From the NCBI GenBank assembly GCA_964017555.1, contig CAXHNU010000082.1:1-13093 (forward strand): 13,093 nucleotides of DNA. The letters run 5' to 3'. The translations under genes and the position numbers were made by a program. This document shows positions 5,989 through 13,093 of this stretch, in pieces (position 1 is the first letter of the stretch; the number at the start of each line of letters is the position of its first letter). The notes below the pieces were generated by a model. That model was not told where the DNA came from. It worked only from the letters and a program-made list of their open reading frames with translations, and ran no database searches. This DNA comes from an uncultured Butyricicoccus sp. Lineage in GTDB: Bacteria; Bacillota; Clostridia; Oscillospirales; Butyricicoccaceae.

Positions 5989-7380
5989 TTATTGTTCATC
6001 CGGCAAAGTGGGTTCAGCGGGCGGTTTGATGGGTGTGCCAAGGTAAGAAGGCATTTCAAGACCCGCTTGTTTGAATAAATCCTGCATTGGCGGGATCGCC
6101 TGCATCAGCCCGGATACAAAACCGGCTGTAGAGGATTTGCCGTCTTGGGCGCCATTGTCCCAAACGGTGACTTTATCAATTTTCAGATTGCTGATGGCAT
6201 CCACCTGGATACGGGTGAGTTCTTCCAGTTTATCCGCAATCATAAGCTGTACGGCGGCTTGTGGGTCGCCAGCGGCGGCGCTGACCAGCGCCGCAATACC
6301 TTTCGCTTGCTGCTCCAGAATTTCGCGTGCGCCGCGTGCTTCCGCTTCCATGCGAGCATAAATCGCGTCGGCTTCGCCGCGCGCCTTGCGGCGCGTGACC
6401 TCGGCTTCCGCCTCGGCAGCGATTTCCGCCTGCTGTTTATCGATTTCCGCTTTTACGATAATATCCGCCTGTTGGGTTGCTTTTTCCAGTTCGGCACGGG
6501 TTTGTTCTGCCTGTTGCTGGGCAATATAGGCTTCTTGTTTTGCTTTTGCTGCCTGTACGGCTTCTGCTGCGGTTGCCTGCCGCAAGGCTTCGGCTTCCTT
6601 TTCACGGCGGCGGGCTTCGGATTGAGCAACTTCAATTTTTGCGCTGTTTTCGCCATCAATCGCGGAGGCGTTTGCCGCCGCAACTTGTACGCGCTGATCC
6701 CGCTGGGCATTTGCCTGACCGATTTCACCGTCACGGTTTTTCTCCGCGACCGATTTTTTCGCGTCATTGATTGCTTTTGCGGCAGCTTCCTTGCCAAGCG
6801 CGTCAATATAACCGGATTCATCATTGATATCGGTGACATTGACGTTAATCAGCCGCAAACCGATTTTTTTGAGTTCAATTTCGACATTGTTAGATACTGC
6901 GACAAGGAATTTATCCCGATCGGTATTGATTTCCTCGATATCCATCGTGGCAATGACCAAACGGAGCTGACCGAAAATAATATCTTTTGCAAGTTCCTGG
7001 ATTTCGCTGAGTTTTAACCCGAGCAGGCGTTCCGCGGCATTTTGCATCACGCCGGGTTCGGTGGAAATGCCCACGGTGAACCGCGACGGCACATCAATGC
7101 GGATATTCTGCTTGCTGAGGGCGTTTTTCAGGTCAACACTGATGGAAATTGGGGTTAAGTCAAGGTATTGGTATGACTGAATCACCGGCACGATAAATGC
7201 CGCGCCGCCATGGATACATTTTGCAGTGCGGGTCTGACCATTTTTATCCGACCCGACCTTACCATAAATGACCAGGATTTTATCCGCGGGGCATTTGCGG
7301 TAACGCGACAAAATGGCAATCAACGCGGCAAACAGCACCACCACAATGATGCAGATTGAAATAAGAAGCTGGAATGGCAT
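5989..7380 (-). CDS. floT: Flotillin / SPFH (band-7) domain protein, FloT/YqiK-like
   Basis: Start chosen at ATG 7378-7380 (MPFQLLISICIIVVV, N-terminal TM hairpin) with RBS AAGGAGGAAAAAT. The six-frame ORF extends 17 codons further without an RBS. SPFH domain is followed by a long Ala/Glu/Gln-rich coiled-coil, typical of flotillins. Confidence 0.85.
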   Translation of the reverse strand: MPFQLLISICIIVVVLFAALIAILSRYRKCPADKILVIYGKVGSDKNGQTRTAKCIHGGAAFIVPVIQSYQYLDLTPISISVDLKNALSKQNIRIDVPSRFTVGISTEPGVMQNAAERLLGLKLSEIQELAKDIIFGQLRLVIATMDIEEINTDRDKFLVAVSNNVEIELKKIGLRLINVNVTDINDESGYIDALGKEAAAKAINDAKKSVAEKNRDGEIGQANAQRDQRVQVAAANASAIDGENSAKIEVAQSEARRREKEAEALRQATAAEAVQAAKAKQEAYIAQQQAEQTRAELEKATQQADIIVKAEIDKQQAEIAAEAEAEVTRRKARGEADAIYARMEAEARGAREILEQQAKGIAALVSAAAGDPQAAVQLMIADKLEELTRIQVDAISNLKIDKVTVWDNGAQDGKSSTAGFVSGLMQAIPPMQDLFKQAGLEMPSYLGTPIKPPAEPTLPDEQ

Positions 7381-7443
7381 ATTTTTCCTCCTTTTCTGTG
7401 ACACATGATGTGGATCGTTTATTTTCTGCAAAAGGGTACTTAT

Positions 7444-8115
7444 TTATGTTTCTTCCCGTTCCACAATGAGCATATCCCCCCGCAAATCGACAATACGTAC
7501 ACTGGTACCGGTTGGAATTGCGTCGCCTTCCGTAATGGCACTGCATTCCCGCAGCTGTCCCTGCACCTGTACCATCACCTTGCCGGGGCTTACACCCTTG
7601 GCAGCAATCGGCAGATAGACCCGCCCATTTTCGCCGATGGCGTTTTTTAAGCTGATGGTACCATTTTCCGCGAGTTTTGACGAAGCCTGCACCAATTTTG
7701 CCACCAAAAACATCGCAATGCCGCCCAGCACCAAACCAAACAGCAAGCTGAATAATGGTTCTGTGCCCGCGTGGATGGATGCAATGGATGACCAGGAAAA
7801 CACGGTTAAAAATGCAACAATGGTTTGCAGCGTCAGCAGGCGCATGGCTGTGGCATCGCCAGGGCTGCTGCCATCTGTATAATGCTGGATATCCATTTGG
7901 TCAGGCATATCAAAATCCAAACTCACATCCACGCCATCCGGCACATCCAGGTCAAGCCCGGAAGTATCGCTGTAATTGACACCTTCCCCGCTGTCACTGC
8001 CAAGCATACTCATCAGCGTTTGGATCACAAGCAGCAAGGTGGACGGCACCGCCATGCAGTAAAGCACCCGCAAGATATCGCTGAGGCTTTCCCACCATAC
8101 TATCATTTGTTCCAT
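7444..8115 (-). CDS. NfeD-family membrane protein (YuaF-like flotillin partner with C-terminal OB-fold)
   Basis: Start chosen at ATG 8113-8115 (MEQMIVWWESL) with RBS AAAGGGGG. Hydrophobic TM region, then an OB-fold-like C-terminus (VMVQVQGQLRECSAITEG..VRIVDLRGDMLIVE). Lies 63 nt upstream of the flotillin gene, the conserved NfeD-flotillin operon arrangement. Confidence 0.75.
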   Translation of the reverse strand: MEQMIVWWESLSDILRVLYCMAVPSTLLLVIQTLMSMLGSDSGEGVNYSDTSGLDLDVPDGVDVSLDFDMPDQMDIQHYTDGSSPGDATAMRLLTLQTIVAFLTVFSWSSIASIHAGTEPLFSLLFGLVLGGIAMFLVAKLVQASSKLAENGTISLKNAIGENGRVYLPIAAKGVSPGKVMVQVQGQLRECSAITEGDAIPTGTSVRIVDLRGDMLIVEREET

Positions 8116-8151
8116 ATGGCAGCCCCCTTTCCGATTCATTCGCCTCAAAAG

Positions 8152-8166
8152 GTAAATTTAATTTAC
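8152..8166. promoter_or_regulatory. Perfect 7-1-7 inverted repeat GTAAATT-T-AATTTAC (operator O1), immediately downstream of the NfeD promoter -10
   Basis: Palindrome read directly from the sequence. It covers about +1 to +20 of the predicted NfeD-flotillin transcript, a classic repressor position. Confidence 0.5.
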
Positions 8167-8170
8167 ACAC

Positions 8171-8199
8171 ATTATACGCCAGCGTTAAGATTTTGTCAA
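8171..8199 (-). promoter_or_regulatory. Consensus sigma-A promoter TTGACA-N17-TATAAT for the NfeD-flotillin operon
   Basis: On the minus strand, -35 TTGACA is the reverse complement of 8194-8199 and -10 TATAAT is the reverse complement of 8171-8176. Exact 17-nt spacer. Confidence 0.6.
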
Positions 8200-8236
8200 T
8201 TACAATCGTGTTACATCCAAAAAAATAATTTCCCTC

Positions 8237-8265
8237 TTGCTATTTGCACAATGGTCAGGTATACT
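8237..8265 (+). promoter_or_regulatory. Sigma-A promoter TTGCTA-N17-TATACT for the XRE regulator gene
   Basis: -35 at 8237-8242, -10 at 8260-8265, 17-nt spacer. Confidence 0.5.
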
Positions 8266-8269
8266 TTTA

Positions 8270-8284
8270 GTAAATTATACTTAC
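8270..8284. promoter_or_regulatory. Imperfect copy of the operator (GTAAATT-A-TACTTAC, O2) overlapping the start of the XRE transcript
   Basis: Shares the half-site GTAAATT with O1. The second half matches 5 of 7. Sits between the -10 and the RBS of the XRE gene. Confidence 0.35.
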
Positions 8285-8303
8285 GTCAGAAGGGGTGGTT
8301 ATC

Positions 8304-8903
8304 ATGCCGGCATCTGGGCTGGGGAAAAAACTAAAAGAAGCGCGCCTTGCCAAAAAAATGACGCAAGCCGAAGTTGTCGGCAATTTTATCACCCGCAATA
8401 TGCTCAGCCAGATTGAAAGCGGCGCGGCTATGCCGTCGGTGAAAACCTTATCTTATTTGGCTGGCGTGTTGGATATCCCGCTGTCCGAGCTAATGGGCGA
8501 CGGCGATGGGCATGACGAAGCGCTGGACAGCTTCCAAATCCTTCAGGATGCAAAAAAGCGTTTATATGCCGCTGATTATACCGGTGTTCTTATTTTATGC
8601 GAAACCATGCCGGATATTATTCAAGATGAATTATCCGCGCTTGGGGCACGCGCCTGTCTTGGGCTGGCGCGTGCGATGATTGAAAAAGATGCGTTGGCAG
8701 ATATCACCCGCTTGATGCGGCAGGCAATCCAATATGCCAGCCAGGGACTGTATGCCAATGAAGCGCTTGCCGCGGAATGCGCGCTGCTGCTTAACCAGCA
8801 AGCCACCCGGCTTGGGCAATATTACCTGTCGCTGGCGGCGCCAGGACTGCCGGACACACAAAAAACAGCAGCCCCGGCGGATCAGCCGGAAGCTGCTGAG
8901 TGA
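8304..8903 (+). CDS. XRE-family (Cro/CI-type HTH) transcriptional regulator with an alpha-helical C-terminal domain
   Basis: Start chosen at ATG 8304 (MPASGLGKKLKEARL) with RBS GAAGGGGTGG. The six-frame ORF begins at an upstream GTG. The HTH region (LKEARLAKKMTQAEVVGNFITRNMLSQIESG) is typical of XRE. 199 aa. Confidence 0.75.
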   Translation: MPASGLGKKLKEARLAKKMTQAEVVGNFITRNMLSQIESGAAMPSVKTLSYLAGVLDIPLSELMGDGDGHDEALDSFQILQDAKKRLYAADYTGVLILCETMPDIIQDELSALGARACLGLARAMIEKDALADITRLMRQAIQYASQGLYANEALAAECALLLNQQATRLGQYYLSLAAPGLPDTQKTAAPADQPEAAE

Positions 8904-8932
8904 AATTGGAAAAGGAGCTGCAACTTTCAGTT

Positions 8933-10129
8933 TTAGCCTGCGGTGGCGTTGACTGGTTTTTCCGCTTTGCTGTTCATCACAACTTTGAGCAGGATTGGGG
9001 TAATGAGGGTTGTGACAATGACCACAAGCACAATGGCGGGGAACATATGGGCATCCACCAGCCCAACAGCGGCGCCTTTCTGCGCGACAATCAGCGCGAC
9101 TTCCCCGCGTGATACCATGCCTACACCAATGGATAAGGCTTCATGCCCATTAAAGCCGCAGGCACGTGCGCCCAGCCCGCAGCCCGCGACCTTGCTGAGC
9201 ACAGCAACAACAAGCAAGGCAAATGAGAAAAGAAGGATTTCGGCATTCATGCCATCCAGCACGGTTTTAATGCCAATAGACGCAAAGAAAATCGGAGAAA
9301 AGAACATATAGTTCATCACATTGATTTTTTTCGCGACATATTCGCGCAAATCCATGATATTACATAAGATAAGCCCGGCAAAATAAGCGCCAGTAATATC
9401 AGCAATGCCAAAATAGCGTTCAGAGATATAGGCGAGGATGAGGCAAAACGCAATGGACATAATGGCAAGGCGGCGATGGTTTGCCCAAATAACATCCATC
9501 CGCTGAAACGCATGATAAAAAACCAGCGCAACCACAGCAATAAAGACAAAAAACATACCAATCCGCGCAAAAACCATCAGCGGCACCACGGTAGGATCAG
9601 CAAACCCACTGATAACGGTTAAAATAATAATGCCAAGGATATCGTCAATCACTGCGGCGCCTAAAATCGCAATGCCGACTCTGCCTTTGAGTTTGCCCAT
9701 TTCGCGCAGGGTTTCCACCGTGATGGAAACTGAAGTCGCGGTCAGCACAACGCCGATAAACAATGCCTTGAGGAAATCCAAAGCATCAGTGGTATCGCGG
9801 AAAAACAGTTCATAGCAAATGGTACCGCCAATCAACGGCACAATAACGCCGATTAATGCAATGACAAAAGAAGCAACACCGGTTTTTTTGAGTTCGCTGA
9901 GGTCGGTATCCAAACCAGCCAGAAACATTAGCATAATGACGCCGATTTCCGATGTTTTCAGCAAGAAATCGGTTTCGCTAACGGCATTCAGCACCGAAGG
10001 CCCCAGCAAAATGCCTGCCAGCAGTGCGCCGACAACCTGCGGCATATGGATACGTTCTGAAATCAGCCCAAGCAGTTTGGTGGACAACAAAATAATTGCA
10101 ATAATTACCAAGAAATCATAGGATTCCAT
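8933..10129 (-). CDS. Cation:proton antiporter, CPA2 family (Na+/H+ or K+/H+ exchanger, NapA/KefB-like, no KTN domain)
   Basis: 398-aa polytopic membrane protein. N-terminus MESYDFLVIIAIILLSTKLLGLISERIHMPQVVGALLAGILLGPSVLN is diagnostic of Na_H_Exchanger family proteins. RBS AAAGGGAG. Confidence 0.85.
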   Translation of the reverse strand: MESYDFLVIIAIILLSTKLLGLISERIHMPQVVGALLAGILLGPSVLNAVSETDFLLKTSEIGVIMLMFLAGLDTDLSELKKTGVASFVIALIGVIVPLIGGTICYELFFRDTTDALDFLKALFIGVVLTATSVSITVETLREMGKLKGRVGIAILGAAVIDDILGIIILTVISGFADPTVVPLMVFARIGMFFVFIAVVALVFYHAFQRMDVIWANHRRLAIMSIAFCLILAYISERYFGIADITGAYFAGLILCNIMDLREYVAKKINVMNYMFFSPIFFASIGIKTVLDGMNAEILLFSFALLVVAVLSKVAGCGLGARACGFNGHEALSIGVGMVSRGEVALIVAQKGAAVGLVDAHMFPAIVLVVIVTTLITPILLKVVMNSKAEKPVNATAG

Positions 10130-10143
10130 TTTGATTCACACTC

Positions 10144-10192
10144 CCTTTGCAGAAAGGGGCAAGCCCCCGTTTTTTTATCAGCACAAGTATAG
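10144..10192 (-). promoter_or_regulatory. Antiporter promoter (extended -10 TGCTATACT) and structured 5' UTR with two overlapping hairpins, one of which sequesters the RBS
   Basis: TGCTATACT is the reverse complement of 10184-10192. In the UTR, GGGGGCUUGCCCC (10156-10168) and CCCUUUCUGCAAAGGG (10144-10159, which contains the AAAGGGAG RBS) are mutually exclusive alternatives. Confidence 0.3.
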
Positions 10193-10286
10193 CACGATTT
10201 ATACCAGATGGCTGTTAAGATGTCGTTAAAGATTCCATTCGGGCGGCAGGCAATTTTTTTGATGATACCCCTTGTCTTATCGGGCG

Positions 10287-10295
10287 TGTTATAAT
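10287..10295 (+). promoter_or_regulatory. Extended -10 promoter TGTTATAAT for the two-component operon
   Basis: TG at 10287-10288 and TATAAT at 10290-10295. RBS GGGAAGGGGG before ATG 10327. Confidence 0.4.
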
Positions 10296-10326
10296 AAAAT
10301 GGGGGATTGGGAAGGGGGCGTTTTCC

Positions 10327-11448
10327 ATGATAAACCTTACAGCAAAAATAACCCATTGGGCGTCTGTCAACTGCCTGAAAACGGCAGCTATTTTATGCGC
10401 CGCTACCGCGGCAAATGCAATCTTACTGCAGCGTTTCCAAATGATCAGCAGCGCAACAGAATTATATACCTTGGGCGTTTTACTGGTGTCGCTAAACACG
10501 GCTGGCTATTTATGGGGCATTATTGCGGCTGTAGCAAGCGTGCTGTGCGTCAACTACTTTTTCACTTATCCGCCATTCCATCTGAATTTTACGATTGAAG
10601 GTTATCCGGTCACATTTCTGATTATGCTGACAGTTGCCATCACCACAAGCGCCTTGGGCGGGCGGGTCAAAAAACAACGGGAACTCGCCCGCGAACGCAC
10701 CCGCTTGACCGAAGAACGCCAGCGTATTTTAATTGAAACCGAAAAAGAAAAAATGCGGGGCAATTTACTGCGGGCGATTTCACATGACCTGCGCACGCCG
10801 CTGACTGGTATTTTGGGGGCGTCAGGCGCCCTGCTGGATAATGATGGGCTGATAGACCCGACAAGCCGCCGGGAACTGCTTTCCGGCATTCATGAGGACG
10901 CCGAATGGCTGCTGCGTATGGTGGAAAATATTTTATCCATCACACGGATTTCCGGCGGGGCATTGTCGCTGAAAAAAGTATGCGAACCACTTGACGAAGT
11001 GTTTTCCCAAGTTGCTGCCAAATCGCGCAAACGGTTCCCACAGATTGAATTATCCATACAAATGCCGGATAAAGTTGCACTTGTGCCCATGGATGAAATG
11101 CTGATTGTACAGGTGCTGATAAACCTTGTTGACAATGCCATGCTGCATGGGGGCGGCAATGCTGTCGCGCTTTCCGCGGAAATGGAAAATGATATGGTAC
11201 GAATTATTGTGCGTGACCATGGGCAAGGCATCCCGCCAGAGGATTTGCCAACTTTATTTGATGGGTTTGGTTCACGGGACAAAGAATCCAGCGATGCCAC
11301 CCGTGGGCTTGGGATTGGGTTATCCATATGCCGCACCATTGTAGAAGGGCATGGCGGGCATATTTTTGCCCGCAACCTGCCAGATGGTGGGGCGTCTATC
11401 AGTTTCACATTGCCGACAAAGGAGGCTGCATCTTATGCCGAATCCTGA
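10327..11448 (+). CDS. Sensor histidine kinase, minimal KdpD-like (DUF4118 membrane domain, HisKA, HATPase_c; lacks the KdpD N-terminal, Usp and GAF domains)
   Basis: 373 aa. Three to four TM helices with the KdpD-type motif FFTYPPFHLNFTIEGYPVTFLIMLTVAITTSALGGRVKKQ. H-box ISHDLRTPL. C-terminal GLGIGLSICRTIVEGHGGHIFARNLPDGGASISFTLP closely parallels the E. coli KdpD C-terminus. Confidence 0.85.
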   Translation: MINLTAKITHWASVNCLKTAAILCAATAANAILLQRFQMISSATELYTLGVLLVSLNTAGYLWGIIAAVASVLCVNYFFTYPPFHLNFTIEGYPVTFLIMLTVAITTSALGGRVKKQRELARERTRLTEERQRILIETEKEKMRGNLLRAISHDLRTPLTGILGASGALLDNDGLIDPTSRRELLSGIHEDAEWLLRMVENILSITRISGGALSLKKVCEPLDEVFSQVAAKSRKRFPQIELSIQMPDKVALVPMDEMLIVQVLINLVDNAMLHGGGNAVALSAEMENDMVRIIVRDHGQGIPPEDLPTLFDGFGSRDKESSDATRGLGIGLSICRTIVEGHGGHIFARNLPDGGASISFTLPTKEAASYAES

Positions 11449-12139
11449 AAAAATATTAGTGGTAGAGGATGAAACCACAATTTTACGCGTTTTAGAAACC
11501 ATTTTAGCCGCCAATGGATATCAGGTGTTATCTGCGTGCAATGGCACGCAGGCACTTTCCATGGCAAGTTCCCATTGCCCAGATTTAATCCTGCTTGACC
11601 TTGGTTTGCCAAATATGGATGGGACAGAGGTCATCAGGCATTTACGGGAATGGTCAGGCGTACCGATTTTGGTGGTATCCGCACGTGACCAGGAAGAAGA
11701 AAAAGTGCGGGCATTTGATTTGGGAGCGGATGATTATATTACCAAACCATTTGGCACCAGTGAATTGCTGGCACGTATCCGGGCAGCCCGCCGCCATGCG
11801 AATCAATTGGCAGCCGAACGGGCTTTGGTATCGCCATCATATGAATTTCAAGATTTCCGCATTGATTTTGAACGGCGGGTCGTTACCGTTGGTGGACGCG
11901 AAATCCATTTGACACAAAATGAATATAAAATTGTAGAACGGTTAGCGCGACAACCTGGGCGGGTATTGACATATGCAACCCTTTTGCATGATATTTGGGG
12001 GCCATATAAAGGGGAAGACAATCAAATTCTGCGTGTCAACATGGCAAATATCCGACGCAAATTAGAAAAGAATCCTGCAGAGCCGCACTATATCTTAACA
12101 GAAAATGGGGTAGGCTACCGCATGGCAGATGGGGATTGA
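11435..12139 (+). CDS. OmpR-family response regulator, KdpE-like
   Basis: Start ATG 11435 ([13 protein letters not shown]) with RBS AAGGAGG. Overlaps the kinase stop by 14 nt. Strong similarity pattern to KdpE ([54 protein letters not shown]). Winged-helix C-terminus. Confidence 0.9.
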   Translation: MPNPEKILVVEDETTILRVLETILAANGYQVLSACNGTQALSMASSHCPDLILLDLGLPNMDGTEVIRHLREWSGVPILVVSARDQEEEKVRAFDLGADDYITKPFGTSELLARIRAARRHANQLAAERALVSPSYEFQDFRIDFERRVVTVGGREIHLTQNEYKIVERLARQPGRVLTYATLLHDIWGPYKGEDNQILRVNMANIRRKLEKNPAEPHYILTENGVGYRMADGD

Positions 12140-12768
12140 CATAGGGGACATTGTTTTGCAAATGAATACGGCGCGGTCGCGCCAGTCGCACCCGTTGGTC
12201 CTGTCGGGCCTGTTGCGCCCGGGGTTCCGGCTGCGCCGGTTGCTCCCGTTGGCCCTGTCGGGCCTGTTGCACCGGGGGCTCCGGCTGCGCCGGTCGCGCC
12301 TGTTGGCCCTGTCGGGCCGGTTGCACCGGGGGCCCCGGCTGCGCCGGTTGCTCCCATTGGTCCTGTCGGGCCTGTTGCGCCAGTCGGACCCATTACAGTT
12401 AGCAAAGTGTAATCCGGAGAAGTGCCCGGCACACCCGTTGGGTTATCCCGGTTCACCTGATACAAAGCGCCATCATGCGAAACAACTGTACCCAATGGGT
12501 AATTTACCCCTGGTACAAATGGCTGTACCGCTTCTATCCCTGCGCCAGTAGGGCCAGTCGGACCGGTTGGCCCAGGCCGGCCTGGACATCCCGACATCCC
12601 ATCGCGCCCTCTTGGGCCGCGTGGACCAGTTGGGCCTGTTGGCCCAACCATGCCGCCCCCTGGTCCGGGACCGGGACCAGGGCCAGGTCCGGGGCCAGGG
12701 CCGCAAGGATTAAACGGCGGGCAGCCAGAACCGCCAAACATACCGCCATAATTGAACGGGTTCTCCAT
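12115..12768 (-). CDS. Collagen-like triple-helix repeat protein (GXT repeats; BclA/exosporium-like or surface fibre protein) with two collagen-like segments flanking a 50-aa non-collagenous core
   Basis: Strong RBS GAAGGAGG 7 nt before ATG 12766-12768. N-terminal Gly/Pro-rich (GP)x7 segment. First collagen-like segment ([13 protein letters not shown]..) has about 11 triplets and the second ([22 protein letters not shown]..) about 31. 3' end overlaps the convergent response-regulator gene by 25 nt. Confidence 0.7.
   Translation of the reverse strand: MENPFNYGGMFGGSGCPPFNPCGPGPGPGPGPGPGPGGGMVGPTGPTGPRGPRGRDGMSGCPGRPGPTGPTGPTGAGIEAVQPFVPGVNYPLGTVVSHDGALYQVNRDNPTGVPGTSPDYTLLTVMGPTGATGPTGPMGATGAAGAPGATGPTGPTGATGAAGAPGATGPTGPTGATGAAGTPGATGPTGPTGATGATAPYSFAKQCPLCQSPSAMR
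12191..12394. repeat. Tandem 54-bp repeat (about 3.8 copies) encoding the 18-aa unit [18 protein letters not shown] of the collagen-like protein
   Basis: Units begin at 12191, 12245, 12299 and 12353, with a few substitutions per copy. Confidence 0.8.
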
Positions 12769-12798
12769 CGAAAAACCTCCTTCTTCTGGATATCCCCC

Positions 12799-12814
12799 CT
12801 GCCCATATGGGCAG
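12799..12814. promoter_or_regulatory. Perfect 16-bp palindrome CTGCCCAT|ATGGGCAG, candidate operator upstream of the collagen-like gene
   Basis: Read directly from the sequence. Lies 5 nt past the stop of the upstream partial ORF and about 30 nt upstream of the collagen-gene RBS. The zero-length spacer makes an RNA hairpin unlikely and a dimeric DNA-binding site more likely. Confidence 0.3.
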
Positions 12815-12819
12815 AAAGG

Positions 12820-13093
12820 CTATTCCATACTATGTGCAGTATCCGCAGAAGGTGATTTTGCCATTTCCCGTTCTATCAGCACCATATTTTCTTTGAGCCG
12901 TTCATCCTGCGGTGCAAGTATAACCGCCTGTTTGATATCATCAAATGCTTGCTGCACCCGCCCTGTATAATAATATCCAAGCGACCGCAAATCCCAAGGC
13001 AGACTGCCCCATGCGCTGCTTTCACAGATATATGTCCGAGGACGCTCTGTAATAGATAATGCCTTATTTAACATATAAATCATGCCATCCCAT
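12820..13093 (-). CDS. Hypothetical protein with TPR-like helical repeat, 5'-truncated by the window edge
   Basis: The ORF is open to the window end. The first in-window Met is at 13081-13083, but the frame stays open through 13093, so the start is unknown. Sequence LGYYYTGRVQQAFDDIKQAVILAP resembles a TPR helix pair. Confidence 0.3.
   Translation of the reverse strand, partial: WDGMIYMLNKALSITERPRTYICESSAWGSLPWDLRSLGYYYTGRVQQAFDDIKQAVILAPQDERLKENMVLIEREMAKSPSADTAHSME

Noticed and set aside
6145-7017. 290-aa plus-strand ORF and several other ORFs (6071-6361, 6453-6839, 6477-6770) inside the flotillin gene
   Set aside because: These are antisense or alternate-frame shadow ORFs produced by the GC-rich Ala/Glu/Gln-rich coiled-coil repeat of flotillin. 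They have no RBS or promoter and low-complexity translations.
9316-11408. Antisense ORFs within the antiporter and histidine kinase genes (e.g. 9630-9815, 9819-10121, 10890-11408)
   Set aside because: Shadow ORFs of membrane-protein and kinase genes, with Ser/Pro/Arg-rich low-complexity translations and no translation signals.
12036-12855. Multiple alternative-frame ORFs (12036-12326, 12129-12551, 12473-12706, 12475-12855, 12534-12806) over the collagen-like gene
   Set aside because: These are frame shadows of the GXT/GC-rich tandem repeat, with Arg/Pro/Gln-rich low-complexity translations. Only the GXT frame has a strong RBS and a coherent protein.
1-13093. CRISPR arrays, IS elements, integrases, phage genes, toxin-antitoxin or recognisable defence systems
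   Set aside because: No direct-repeat/spacer periodicity, no transposase- or integrase-like ORFs, no terminal inverted repeats. Every substantial ORF is accounted for by housekeeping or regulatory functions.

Overview
This 13.1 kb chromosomal window looks like a low-to-moderate-GC Firmicute (Clostridia-like), judging by AGGAGG-type ribosome-binding sites and sigma-A style promoters. It is almost entirely coding and has no visible mobile elements or CRISPR arrays. Minus strand, in transcription order: (1) a translationally coupled four-subunit 2-oxoacid:ferredoxin oxidoreductase operon (gamma, delta, alpha, beta) preceded by a roughly 310-nt structured leader that ends in an intrinsic terminator right at the RBS, read here as a riboswitch or T-box-like attenuator; (2) a cytoplasmic Zn-dependent phospholipase C-fold protein; (3) an Mrp/NBP35 P-loop ATPase plus a NifB/NifX-like cofactor-binding protein in a two-gene operon whose ends carry nearly identical Cys-His motifs; (4) an NfeD-flotillin (SPFH) operon; (5) a CPA2-family cation:proton antiporter; (6) a collagen-like GXT repeat protein containing 54-bp tandem DNA repeats; (7) a partial TPR-like ORF at the window edge. 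Plus strand: an XRE-family HTH regulator divergent from the NfeD-flotillin operon, with matching palindromic operators over both promoters, and a minimal KdpD-like histidine kinase with a KdpE-like response regulator divergent from the antiporter. The leader and attenuator in front of the oxidoreductase operon are the most interesting and least conventional element.
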